Below, piece by piece: positions 38,472 through 47,622 of a DNA stretch of 50,184 bases. A program made the position numbers and the translations under genes. Within the stretch, counting starts at the first letter, position 1; every line of letters starts with the position of its first letter. The notes below the pieces were generated by a model, which was not told the DNA's origin, did not search any database, and worked only from the letters and a program-made list of their open reading frames with translations. Source of the stretch: Candidatus Bathyarchaeia archaeon (GTDB lineage: Archaea; Thermoproteota; Bathyarchaeia; Bathyarchaeales; Bathycorpusculaceae); contig JBEKTQ010000026.1 in NCBI GenBank assembly GCA_049515895.1, positions 1 to 50,184 on the forward strand, given 5' to 3'.

Positions 38472-38741
38472 TTGAAAAAAGAAAATTCACTAATAGAAAA
38501 ACCAATCGTACCGCATTTCGAAATGCGCAACCATGATGACAGAGGCGTCAAAGTTTGGGATAGCCAATGGAATAACGGCAAAGGATTCCATGCACAAATT
38601 CAATTTACACCCGAGGGCAAGGTTTACTGTAGTCTTTGCGATGCGTTCAAATGTGAGCACATACGTTTCGCGTTGGAACAAGAGGATGTACGAAAAATAC
38701 TTAAAGAAAAAGGTTGGAAATTGCCTGATGCTTATTTCTGA
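38472..38741 (+). CDS. Small Zn-finger protein (CxxC-x4-CxH)
   Basis: VYCSLCDAFKCEHIRFAL. Confidence 0.7.
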   Translation: MKKENSLIEKPIVPHFEMRNHDDRGVKVWDSQWNNGKGFHAQIQFTPEGKVYCSLCDAFKCEHIRFALEQEDVRKILKEKGWKLPDAYF

Positions 38742-38890
38742 CATTACAATTCTATAGTATGGTGGTCGTAGCCATCGGTAAAAAACGTAATTGTTAAAGT
38801 TTGGGTTTGGATTAAAAATTACCTGTAAAAGTTACGGGTTTTCGAAACTTAGTTTAACTCCCAAAAAGTATAAAGGAGATGTAAAAGAAA

Positions 38891-40198
38891 TTGAGTTTCG
38901 AAATGAAAAGCAACCTGAACGACAAAGTTGTCGATGAATTCCTTAATTCACAAACAAAACAAGGCACTTTTAAAAGTTACAAAACCGTGATGAAACAATA
39001 TCTCGAATTCACTGGCAAAACAGGGCAAGAACTGTTAGACATTAAACGAAACGACAAAGATTTTGCCGTTGAAAATTCGATGCTGGCTTACCGCAAATAT
39101 ATCTTGAGCAAAGGCAAATCAGAGAATTATGCTGTAGGTTGCGTAATGACAGTTCGAGGTTTTTACAGTTATTACCGTTTGCCTCTGATGTTCAGAAGAC
39201 AAGAATCAAAAAAACTTGGAGAGAAAAATCGGACTACACAAGACTACCTTTTTGACAAAGAAGATTTAGCGAAAATGGCTTTGGCTGGAAACTTGAAGGA
39301 ACGCTACATTCTGCTCGTGGGCAAATCTGTTGGGCTTAGAGCAAGTGATTTTATATGCTTAACCTATGGAACGTTTAGAAGTGTTAAACTTGAAAATGAA
39401 GCACCGTTAAGTTTAGGGCAAATCAACACAAAAAAGGAAAGTGTGAAAGCATATCCATTTCTCGACAGCGATGCAATACCGATAGTTAAGCAGATACTTG
39501 AAAGCAACAAAGACAAAAAAGACAATGAGCGAGTTTTAACTGACACCGAAGATAACCTTAGCGTTATACTGCAAACTTTAGCGAAAAAAGCTGGAATGGA
39601 AATTGACGACCACGGCACAATACACGGCAAACGTGTACGGTTTCACTGTCTAAGGAAGTTCCTAATTGACCGTTTGAGTGCTTATGCAGGTGAAAGCCAA
39701 TGGAAACAGATAGTCGGCAAGGCAATTGATGAAGGAGCTTATGTTAGCCAAGATCAACTTAGAGGCGTTTACGCGAGAGCGATGAAGGACATTTTGATTA
39801 ACGGCAATGGGATGAAGGTTAAAAAACTGATTGAGTTGGAGAATGCCCTTTTAGATTCTCAGAAAAGGCTTACGAACGTGGAGACTACTAATGAGGTATT
39901 GCGGAAGGAACTGGGGAAAGTTGCAAACAAAAATGAAGAGCTTGAAGGAAAAGTGAGTAGCCAACAAAAACAAATCGACGACATAAACGTCTATCTTCAA
40001 AAGCAAGAGCAAATCCGAATTAAGAAACAACAAACCGAAAATGAAAACCTATATTCAAAACAAAACGTTGAAATCCGACAGAAAGAAAACTTGGATGAGG
40101 AAGAAAAACAAGCACCTGATAGACTAGGCGAATACTTAAGAAAGCAAAAAGAAGACACCCAAAACAAGGAAAGGGAAGCATCGGGCACTTCCCATTAA
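38891..40198 (+). CDS. Tyrosine recombinase/integrase with C-terminal coiled coil
   Basis: GLRASD (R), TKKE (K), FHCLRK (HxxR), AYV (Y); long charged heptad tail. Confidence 0.88.
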   Translation: MSFEMKSNLNDKVVDEFLNSQTKQGTFKSYKTVMKQYLEFTGKTGQELLDIKRNDKDFAVENSMLAYRKYILSKGKSENYAVGCVMTVRGFYSYYRLPLMFRRQESKKLGEKNRTTQDYLFDKEDLAKMALAGNLKERYILLVGKSVGLRASDFICLTYGTFRSVKLENEAPLSLGQINTKKESVKAYPFLDSDAIPIVKQILESNKDKKDNERVLTDTEDNLSVILQTLAKKAGMEIDDHGTIHGKRVRFHCLRKFLIDRLSAYAGESQWKQIVGKAIDEGAYVSQDQLRGVYARAMKDILINGNGMKVKKLIELENALLDSQKRLTNVETTNEVLRKELGKVANKNEELEGKVSSQQKQIDDINVYLQKQEQIRIKKQQTENENLYSKQNVEIRQKENLDEEEKQAPDRLGEYLRKQKEDTQNKEREASGTSH

Positions 40199-40452
40199 AT
40201 TTCTTACACAAGCCAGCGCAATGGAGAAAACTCTCCCCGCAATAAAAAAACTTGGAAAGATTTGACTGTTATTCGGAGCACACAGAAAAAAGAACGCTTA
40301 GAGATTACATACTAAGCGACTAGCTGAAGGGGTCTGAAAACCCTTCATAGCCACATTTACTTAAGGTCGAACCATTCTTAAGAAAAATAGTGCATTCAAA
40401 AATAATACATACATCTTAACCCTTGAATGTACTCGTAAATAGCCATAACCGT

Positions 40453-41229
40453 TTAATGCATTCTGAAACTTGAAAAAATAAGAGGAGAAGCTATTTTTTC
40501 GGTTATTCTCTTTCTGATAAATACAATGGATAGCAGTATTATTACTGCAAAAAGTGGCAGAATTATGCAAGTTGGAAACTCTGGAACTGTTGGAGTTGAG
40601 GTTGGAGTTATGATTGAAGTAGGATTAGGTGAAACAGAACTCGCTGGAACAGTTACTGTTTGTGTGTTGCTCCATCCGCTCTCTTGACCAGTAAAATACC
40701 AAGAAGCAAATCCTATAGTACGACCAATATATCCTATCAAAGCTTCTACTTGAAAATCTAATTGACCGCCTGAAGGTAAGTTGTTATCCAACCATGGGGG
40801 AGCATTTGGGTCTAACGAGTAAGTTAATGTAGTGTAAATGGTGTTTGACGGAGCAGTAAAATAATTGTCTACAGTGTAAATTGTAGTCCAGTTTTCCTCA
40901 TAATGACCTTTCTCTCTTACGTTGTAGTAGAAGGAAACGCCTTCTCCGTTTTGTCTGTATGAGGTTAATGGCTGGTTCTTAATGATAAGCTCAATCGTTC
41001 TATTTTCAACATGATAACCTTCAACGGTAACATTCTGACCTGTATATGGATCAATCGAAGAAGTTGTGGGCACGTTGTACGATGCATCAACAAATTTAAG
41101 GGTAAATTCTGGAACAGACGGTGTAGGTATAGACTGAGCACTTGCAGGCTTGACGATAAGCAAACTTGCAATTGAAAGAGCCATAATAAGAATCAGAGCT
41201 AAAGCCAAACTTTTGACTAAGTTGCCCAT
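40453..41229 (-). CDS. Surface protein with PEF-CTERM-like sorting signal
   Basis: Signal peptide, Pro/Thr linker, VPEFP followed by a TM helix and RKR. Confidence 0.85.
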   Translation of the reverse strand: MGNLVKSLALALILIMALSIASLLIVKPASAQSIPTPSVPEFTLKFVDASYNVPTTSSIDPYTGQNVTVEGYHVENRTIELIIKNQPLTSYRQNGEGVSFYYNVREKGHYEENWTTIYTVDNYFTAPSNTIYTTLTYSLDPNAPPWLDNNLPSGGQLDFQVEALIGYIGRTIGFASWYFTGQESGWSNTQTVTVPASSVSPNPTSIITPTSTPTVPEFPTCIILPLFAVIILLSIVFIRKRITEKIASPLIFSSFRMH

Positions 41230-41333
41230 CTCTGCCGCCTTGTAGTAAGTATTACTATACTATTAAAGATAAAAGGCTATTCGTAAAAGTTCCTTGACTA
41301 AGTTGAGTCAAAGTTTCTTGACTAAGAACTAGT

Positions 41334-41363
41334 CTATTTCTACGCTATGCAGATTTAAGACTT
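41334..41363 (-). promoter_or_regulatory. Third copy of the 30-bp motif; promoter-like on the minus strand (AAGTCTTAAAT...)
   Basis: Identical to 9468-9497; 7 bp outside the right inverted repeat. Promoter function is inferred. Confidence 0.45.
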
Positions 41364-41422
41364 TTTATCAGTAAAAACATGGCAATATGTTCTAAGTGAA
41401 ACTGAATTTTTAAGGTGTTAGA

Positions 41423-41966
41423 TTAGGGTATAAAATAGCCCTCTTCCGCTTTCTTTGCAAGAGTTTCAATAAACGCATTTGAAATTACGTTAATCCTTCT
41501 AATCCTTTTCCAAAAATCGATCAAGGGTAATTTTTCTACTTCAGCATCAGCCAAATAACTATTTTCAGCTAGGAAAACCATATCACTTTCAAACCAAAAA
41601 GTGCCATGAGCTATCGAATTTCTGAGATTAACATCCAAGAGATCATCAAGCTTTTGCCCTTAAATGGGAAGAATTTTTTTGAGATTGGCAAGCAATCTAC
41701 TCAAAGCCATTTTCTTGCAAATAGTAACACTGTTTTTTTTTGTCAGAAAATTCCTTTAAAATAAACACAAAGGATGTTTTCAAGACACCCTCAAAATAAT
41801 AGAGAGCGTTCCCTACCAGTTGAGAATAAACCCTATATGTCATAACGAAGGGTTCTTTGTCAGACTTTATTGCAGACTTAATTTCTGGAAAATTCTCAAA
41901 ATTATTTACCGTATCACTAAAAGCATATCCAAAGAATCGGCTACTATCCCAAATTTTGACCAACAA
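41423..41966 (-). pseudogene. Decayed HEPN-like protein
   Basis: RNSIAH (Rx4H) motif; the two track ORFs join via a frameshift in an A9 run plus an in-frame TAA; 5' end missing. Confidence 0.6.
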
Positions 41967-43108
41967 CGTCCTATGAATATCATGAGAAGGCTAAAGTTCC
42001 GACAGACATACCGATTCGTAATCCAGCCTTCATAAACATTGAACGGCTTGGCTTCAACAAGTTTCAGAAATTGCTAACGACAAACACCTATTTTTCGCAG
42101 CTTTTGAGAAGACTTGACATGAACAACAGAATAGCACAATATGCAGATTTGAGATTAACACTTATACAGCCTACAGTTACTCAAAAAACAGACCCCAACA
42201 CACACGAAATAATCCAGCCTTCTCCCATGAATTTATTAAAAGAAGACAAAGCTCTTCGCGATAGGTTTTTGCGTTTTGTTATTAGGTTGCAGGAAGAAGC
42301 GGGAATTAGCCAAATTTCAATTCCTTTTATAGAATTACCCTTTTCTTCTTTTAGAGAAATGTTATTAGGAATTAAAAGAAGTTGTGAAAGAAGCAACCAA
42401 CAACCTATCTTTTTTGTTGATCCCAGCTATTTAGACTTTGAAGCTGCAATAGATTTTATTACAAAGGAGCTACAAGCTAAGATAGTGGGTCTAATTTATA
42501 GACCGTATAGAAATGTCCCGCTAAGCTATGAAACGTTGTTTAAGTATGTTGATAAAGACGTGGCATTCCTTAATACCCAAGTTTACAGGTTGGACACACA
42601 GAACCGCGACATATCTACAATGCACTATTTGCCATTTCTGGGGAACGACCTATATTCTGTTATGATACCAATACCTTTTGGGAAAAGTGACAAAAATTCA
42701 CCCAAAATTGAAGGAGAAAGCATTAAACCTCCTAAACCACCTAAAGACAAGTTGGATTATGTAAAATTCTTCGACAGAAAAAGCTTACAAGTCAATGCTC
42801 TCTCCGATGAACTTTCTATAATATCAGAGCTTAGGAATCAATACGAAAAAGATAGCATAATTGAAAATATTCTCGAACACTATGGAGAAGCTAGGACAAA
42901 CGAAAAAATATACACAGTATTAACCGCCCTTTCAAAAGTAAATGAACTTAATTCAAGCTTCGCTGAATTCAATAGTTTTCAGAAATATGTTAATAACAAT
43001 TCAACGAAAGACTATTTGCAAGAGAAAAAAGTGCTACAAGAGGCATTAAGAAAAGAACGGCAGTATTCTACTGGGACAAACACCTTTAACCAAAGCCGAC
43101 TTGGCTGA
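41960..43108 (+). CDS. Hypothetical protein, apparently 5'-truncated
   Basis: The frame of 42071..43108 stays open back to 41960 without a start codon; AT-rich. Confidence 0.6.
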   Translation, partial: PTTSYEYHEKAKVPTDIPIRNPAFINIERLGFNKFQKLLTTNTYFSQLLRRLDMNNRIAQYADLRLTLIQPTVTQKTDPNTHEIIQPSPMNLLKEDKALRDRFLRFVIRLQEEAGISQISIPFIELPFSSFREMLLGIKRSCERSNQQPIFFVDPSYLDFEAAIDFITKELQAKIVGLIYRPYRNVPLSYETLFKYVDKDVAFLNTQVYRLDTQNRDISTMHYLPFLGNDLYSVMIPIPFGKSDKNSPKIEGESIKPPKPPKDKLDYVKFFDRKSLQVNALSDELSIISELRNQYEKDSIIENILEHYGEARTNEKIYTVLTALSKVNELNSSFAEFNSFQKYVNNNSTKDYLQEKKVLQEALRKERQYSTGTNTFNQSRLG

Positions 43109-43145
43109 AACAACTCGCTATTCACCCATAAGCCCACCCACTTTT

Positions 43146-43565
43146 TCATTTGGGTAGAATTAACTTGTGCAATTTTACCTTGGGGTTTTCTGGTGAAACC
43201 CAAATTTTTTCTTCTACAAAACCGTTTTTCTTAAACAACCCTATGCTTTTACCATTAGTTATCCTCACTTGAGCCCAAATTTGTTTATCACTTGTACCTT
43301 GCAAAAACGTTACAGAAGTCCTAACTAATTTGCTTCCTATACCCTTTCTACGACAATTGGGATGAACAACTACATGCCCTATTTCGCATCTATCTTTTTT
43401 TGCTACAACACAATCACATATTACCCCATCTTGTTCGAAGACAAACCACTGATGATTAACATTCTTAATCTCTTCTGGAAGTGGAACATGAGTTAAGTCA
43501 ATATTTTCTAAAAGACTCTGTATGCATGGCATGTCTTTTGTTAAATCAGCCGCTCTGATGCTCAC
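43146..43565 (-). CDS. GNAT acetyltransferase
   Basis: VVHPNCRRKGIGSKL and N.KSI.LF.KNGF motifs. Confidence 0.88.
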   Translation of the reverse strand: MSIRAADLTKDMPCIQSLLENIDLTHVPLPEEIKNVNHQWFVFEQDGVICDCVVAKKDRCEIGHVVVHPNCRRKGIGSKLVRTSVTFLQGTSDKQIWAQVRITNGKSIGLFKKNGFVEEKIWVSPENPKVKLHKLILPK

Positions 43566-43693
43566 ATGTTTTTGCTCCTTTAGATGCTATGATCAATTCC
43601 GTCCTAAAAGACTTAGCCAAGGTCACATATGGCATTTAGCCCCTAAACGCTTAAGGCTGAAATGATACACAATGTGACAAGAGGAAAATACAA

Positions 43694-44219
43694 ATGCCCC
43701 AATCCCGAGAAATCCCAAAATTGAAGGTTCAAGCGGGCATTGACCTTTGCAAGAAGAACGTTTACGTTTTCCTTGAGACCGCTGAAATTCTCATAAAATC
43801 GGGCAACTTAAACCATGCAGCCATAAACTTGGAGTTCGGAATAGAGGAGTATGGCAAAATCCTTATGCTAAAAGACGAATTCGCAAAAAGCGCCGACCCA
43901 ATGCAAGTTCAAGAAAGAGTATTTAGGAGCCACAAGAACAAGTCAGAAAGAGCTTGGAGAATAGGCGATCCAGATAGTCTTGATGTTAAATATAAAATGA
44001 TTAGTGAAAGGTGGTTTTGAAAGAAGTGATAACGGAAAACAAGGCTTTTCGCGTGCCTTTTCGCAAGTAATCAACATTACTCATTTCATAAGGATGGAAT
44101 GCGCTTTCGTTGACTTTGACGAAACCGAAAAGGATTGGTTTTTGGGTCATGGACAACTTGTTAAAGAAAGAATGCTTTCCCTGCTCGAGCATGTAAGAGA
44201 AAAAACGAACAAAATCTAA
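43694..44219 (+). pseudogene. AbiV/HEPN-like abortive infection protein split by a one-base frameshift
   Basis: EEYGK and FRSHKNK in the first ORF, R....FVDF in the second; removing one A near 44007-44009 fuses them (MISEGGFERSD). Confidence 0.65.
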
Positions 44220-44275
44220 CTGCTATAAGCATTTTGCCGAAGACCACAAATGACAGAACAAATTACCCTTAGCCT

Positions 44276-44602
44276 ATGCCGAAAAAGCTATTGTTCGTCT
44301 GTGGCAGGAACGTTGACAGGTCGCCAACAGCAGAAAACATTTTCAAAGGCATCGCAGGTTTAGAAGTGAAATCTGCAGGCGTTTCGATTGGTGCCACAGT
44401 TCCATTAACAAGGGAATTGGTTAAGTGGGCTGACGAAATCTATTGTATGGAATTCAAGCATCAGCAAATCGTGCTTAAAATGGTGCCGTCAGCCTGGAAA
44501 AAAGTCGAAAGCCTTGGAATCCCCGACATATACTACAGAGATCAACCTGAACTAAGGCAGCTTATGTTAGAAAAAATGAAGCGCTTCAGCCATTTGCGCT
44601 AA
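44276..44602 (+). CDS. Low-molecular-weight phosphotyrosine phosphatase-like protein
   Basis: LFVCGRNVDRSPTAE P-loop; IPD.Y. Confidence 0.88.
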   Translation: MPKKLLFVCGRNVDRSPTAENIFKGIAGLEVKSAGVSIGATVPLTRELVKWADEIYCMEFKHQQIVLKMVPSAWKKVESLGIPDIYYRDQPELRQLMLEKMKRFSHLR

Positions 44603-44673
44603 TGTGTATTTAAACAATCATTCAGCAAAGAGTTATTAGTGTTGTACGTCCATAAGGGATTTGGGGAAAGCAA

Positions 44674-44883
44674 GTGAAAAGAGAAGAGTCCATCGCTCTT
44701 CTAAAAGAATTAGGTGCCAACCAGCTTGTTAGCCCTACTGTTGTAAGCATTGAACATGGATTACCAGATGCATACCTGCTTAAAATTAAAGGCGATTATG
44801 ACCTTTCAGCAATGAAGATATTTCTCAAGGACAAATTCTCGGTAGAAGAGAACAAGGATTATGTAGTTATTTCCAAGGCTTAA
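44674..44883 (+). CDS. Hypothetical protein
   Basis: Short ORF with plausible composition. Confidence 0.55.
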   Translation: MKREESIALLKELGANQLVSPTVVSIEHGLPDAYLLKIKGDYDLSAMKIFLKDKFSVEENKDYVVISKA

Positions 44884-44887
44884 CAGT

Positions 44888-45337
44888 CTATTCTTGGCTT
44901 CCAAACCTTTTCTTCATGCATTCTTCACAAAAATTGCTCTTGAACTTCCTTATCCGTTTGGGCTGGAACAGTTTTCCGCATCTGCTGCACTTTATTTGAT
45001 TACCTCCTTTAGGCTCAAGCAGTTTGAGTCTTCTCTCAATCTCAGCTTTAACATCGGAATCATCCTCCTCCTCCCAAGCAGCTTTCAACAAGGATTTGGC
45101 TTGTTCCGAGCTTTTGTCTCCGAATAATTTTAGGAAAGCACTATCTGTTTTTCCTTTTCCGAATTGTGAAGGCAGCATACAAACAAAATTCTGAGGATAA
45201 CTCTTAGATTTACTAGAGTTAACAACAGCGAAGCGAAAGTTCTTTCGCGTGCCAATATTGTCATCCGCGTAATACTCGAAAACTTGCAGCCTCATATCCA
45301 AGTTGATTAAACCTTGAGCGGAAGAAACAAAAAACAT
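44888..45337 (-). CDS. Hypothetical protein with C-terminal Zn finger
   Basis: CSRCGK...FCEEC. Confidence 0.7.
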   Translation of the reverse strand: MFFVSSAQGLINLDMRLQVFEYYADDNIGTRKNFRFAVVNSSKSKSYPQNFVCMLPSQFGKGKTDSAFLKLFGDKSSEQAKSLLKAAWEEEDDSDVKAEIERRLKLLEPKGGNQIKCSRCGKLFQPKRIRKFKSNFCEECMKKRFGSQE

Positions 45338-45564
45338 GTTATATAAGATTGTGGATCGCTTGGGATTACCTGAACAATGAACAGCTTACCGTATTTCCCA
45401 TGTGTGTCTTTAAGATCTGCAAACTCGCTTCAACGTTATGTTTTTGCGCGCGCGAAATTGCAATTGAAAAAAAGGAAGAGTAGAGCTTTAAGGGAATCGT
45501 TGCTCTCTTGCAGCTTTTCCTTTAGCTCTCAGCAACCATTGTTTCTTTGGTTTTTTGGTTCTGC

Positions 45565-45759
45565 TTACTCTTTTGCTTCCACTATTTTGGCTATTGCAGC
45601 GTTCTTCTTGACAGATTCAATTCCGCCTACACAGCCCTCTTTTGAGTTATAGCCTTCACTTACCGCGATTATTTCTCCGTTGGCTGCTTTCAATCTGAAG
45701 CGATACTTTCCTGCTTTGTCTTTATACCACTCAAAAACTGGTTCAGGCACAAATATCAC
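45565..45759 (-). CDS. YegP/DUF1508-family protein
   Basis: FEWYKDKAGKYRFRLKAANGEIIAVSEGY. Confidence 0.9.
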   Translation of the reverse strand: MIFVPEPVFEWYKDKAGKYRFRLKAANGEIIAVSEGYNSKEGCVGGIESVKKNAAIAKIVEAKE

Positions 45760-45869
45760 CTACTTCTAATATTTGTTGCGTCAACTTATAAAATTAATCC
45801 TCATTTTGGAGAAAGTTTGGTCCATATTCAAAATTAAAAGCTTATAAACGCATTAATGAGATACTTTTA

Positions 45870-46034
45870 GCGCGCATGCTTGTTCCTGAAATGGTTAAAA
45901 GTGGTTAAAAGTCCACTCTCCGCGTTTAGGTTGCACGTCAAAGCATGAACTCTGAATGGAAACAGTAAGCTGGTTGAACAAACAAAAGGGGAATTATAAC
46001 CATTTTTAACCAATTTCGGAACAGCCATGCGCGC
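45870..46034. mobile_element. 165-bp MITE with ~40-bp imperfect terminal inverted repeats
   Basis: GCGCGCATGCTTGTTCCTGAAATGGTTAAAAGTGGTTAAAAGT versus reverse-complemented GCGCGCATGGCTGTTCCGAAATTGGTTAAAAATGGTTATAATT; flanked by TA on both sides. Confidence 0.82.
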
Positions 46035-46198
46035 TAGTGGCACTTATCGTGTTCCTTATAGTGAAGATAGCCAAAAAATGGAAAATAGATTAAACCTTCT
46101 ACTCTTTTTTTCTTTTTTTGGATTAGCTTAACGCAATAGAGAAAGGTTAAAAACATATTTTAGGCGGTTTCGCCCTTAAGTATCTAGGGGAACCTCGG

Positions 46199-46471
46199 TT
46201 GGAGCAAGATAAAGTGGCGTGCGGTTTAATCTTTAATCGTCACGACTGGAAATATCCAACAAGTGTGCATAGAGTTTGCGGTAAATGTGGAGATATGCAG
46301 GTTCTAAAAAGTGACAACCTGAACACCTATTTCCATGACGCGGAGGATTTTGAAGCGTTTATACGGAGCATTATTGAGTTTCAAGAGGCACAACGCAAAT
46401 ATGCGGTTGCAGTCCAGGAAGGGCGTAATAGAGCTTTGGCATGGTTGAAGCGTGCGCAGCATGTAGAATGA
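46199..46471 (+). CDS. Hypothetical small Cys/His protein
   Basis: C.....RHDW.......CGKCG pattern. Confidence 0.55.
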   Translation: MEQDKVACGLIFNRHDWKYPTSVHRVCGKCGDMQVLKSDNLNTYFHDAEDFEAFIRSIIEFQEAQRKYAVAVQEGRNRALAWLKRAQHVE

Positions 46472-46572
46472 TGAAGATTGTTAGAGTTGGCGTGTCAACG
46501 GTTAAAACCGCAGCGCGAATTCACAGCTAGCAAAAATTAGGAGAGTATGCTTTAGCTCTCCGTTTTAACAGG

Positions 46573-47529
46573 TTAATTTATTATGACCGGTTGAATGCTG
46601 CTTTTCGAAGATTTCCCTATTTCATTTCCATAAAATGTTGCATAGATGTTTCCTATATTTTTTCGCCAAGTTAAAGGTTTAGCTTTCCAGACGATATTGA
46701 AATATCCATGTTCCCCGGTCACTCCTTGGGCTAAGTATGCGTCGCCTAATATTGATGTGTCTCGTTCGTGAATCCTGATTCTGGCTCCAGATATGCCCTT
46801 TCCTGAATCGCTCTCAGAAAGTTTTCCCTTCAAAGTTACGGTGTCACCTTTGTTCATCTTTTCGGTGACGGTGAAGAGTTCTAACTTGGTTTCAGTTGGA
46901 TAATTAGTCTTCGGAACTTTTGTTTCAACTGTTGGAATTGGCGTGGGTTGAGGCATTTCTTCCGTTTTGGCTTCAGGCAAAACAGTTTCTGTTTTAGTTG
47001 TTTCTGCAGTTGAGGGTGCCATTGGAGTTTCGATTTTTGGAGTGGCAGCCACCTCTACCTCTTTTGCTGTTTCGGAGCCTAACGTGGCTTCAGGCTCTAC
47101 TGTTGGGGAACCTGTTTCTTCCATTTTAGGCGGAACAACGTTTTCCTGAGTTGTTTCCTTTGGGATTGATAAATCCTCAATTTCTGCATCACAGCTGCTT
47201 CTTACAACTTTGATGCCGTTTAGGCATCCTTCCTTTGATTCGTATCCTTCTCCTTCAGCAATAATCTCTCCGTTTGCAGCTTTTAGGCGAAACCTGAACT
47301 TGTCTGCGGCATCCTTGTAGATTTGGTATTTCGGGTTAGGCACTTTGCGATCATTTATGGTTAGGTCTTCAATTTCTGAATTGCAATTCTTCTGTATGCT
47401 TTTTATTCCATTGATGCAGCTTGCATGTTGCTCGTAGGCTTCTCCTACGGCGACTATTTGATTGTTTCCAGCTCTCAGACGAAAACGAAATTTGCCCGCA
47501 GCATCCTTGTACACTTGAAATTTCGACAT
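46573..47529 (-). CDS. Tandem YegP/DUF1508 domains + Pro/Thr/Glu linker + Ig-like domain
   Basis: Two YKDAA.KFRFRL.A.N..I.A.GE.Y repeats. Confidence 0.85.
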   Translation of the reverse strand: MSKFQVYKDAAGKFRFRLRAGNNQIVAVGEAYEQHASCINGIKSIQKNCNSEIEDLTINDRKVPNPKYQIYKDAADKFRFRLKAANGEIIAEGEGYESKEGCLNGIKVVRSSCDAEIEDLSIPKETTQENVVPPKMEETGSPTVEPEATLGSETAKEVEVAATPKIETPMAPSTAETTKTETVLPEAKTEEMPQPTPIPTVETKVPKTNYPTETKLELFTVTEKMNKGDTVTLKGKLSESDSGKGISGARIRIHERDTSILGDAYLAQGVTGEHGYFNIVWKAKPLTWRKNIGNIYATFYGNEIGKSSKSSIQPVIIN

Positions 47530-47622
47530 AAGAAAACCCCAATTTTCTATTGAATGCTAGTTGTACAAAAGCTTTTTCCTTAACTGTTCATGCAGCTGCG
47601 CATGCTTCTTAAGAAAATTGAG

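Larger units (their letters stand above)
38371..41326. mobile_element. Tyrosine-recombinase segment bounded by 45-bp inverted repeats (38371-38415, 41282-41326)
   Basis: CTTAGTCAAGAAACCTTGATTAAAATCAGTCAAGAAACTTTTACG versus reverse-complemented CTTAGTCAAGAAACTTTGACTCAACTTAGTCAAGGAACTTTTACG, 39/45 identical. Confidence 0.75.

Noticed and set aside
40322-40352. Hairpin GAAGGG-N9-CCCTTC as an IS200/IS605 end
   Set aside because: No tnpA/tnpB nearby; it lies between convergent genes and is more simply a terminator-like structure.
9468-41363. 30-bp direct repeats as attL/attR of one 32-kb element
   Set aside because: The interval contains housekeeping genes (tbp, rnz, prs, pyk), so excision is implausible.
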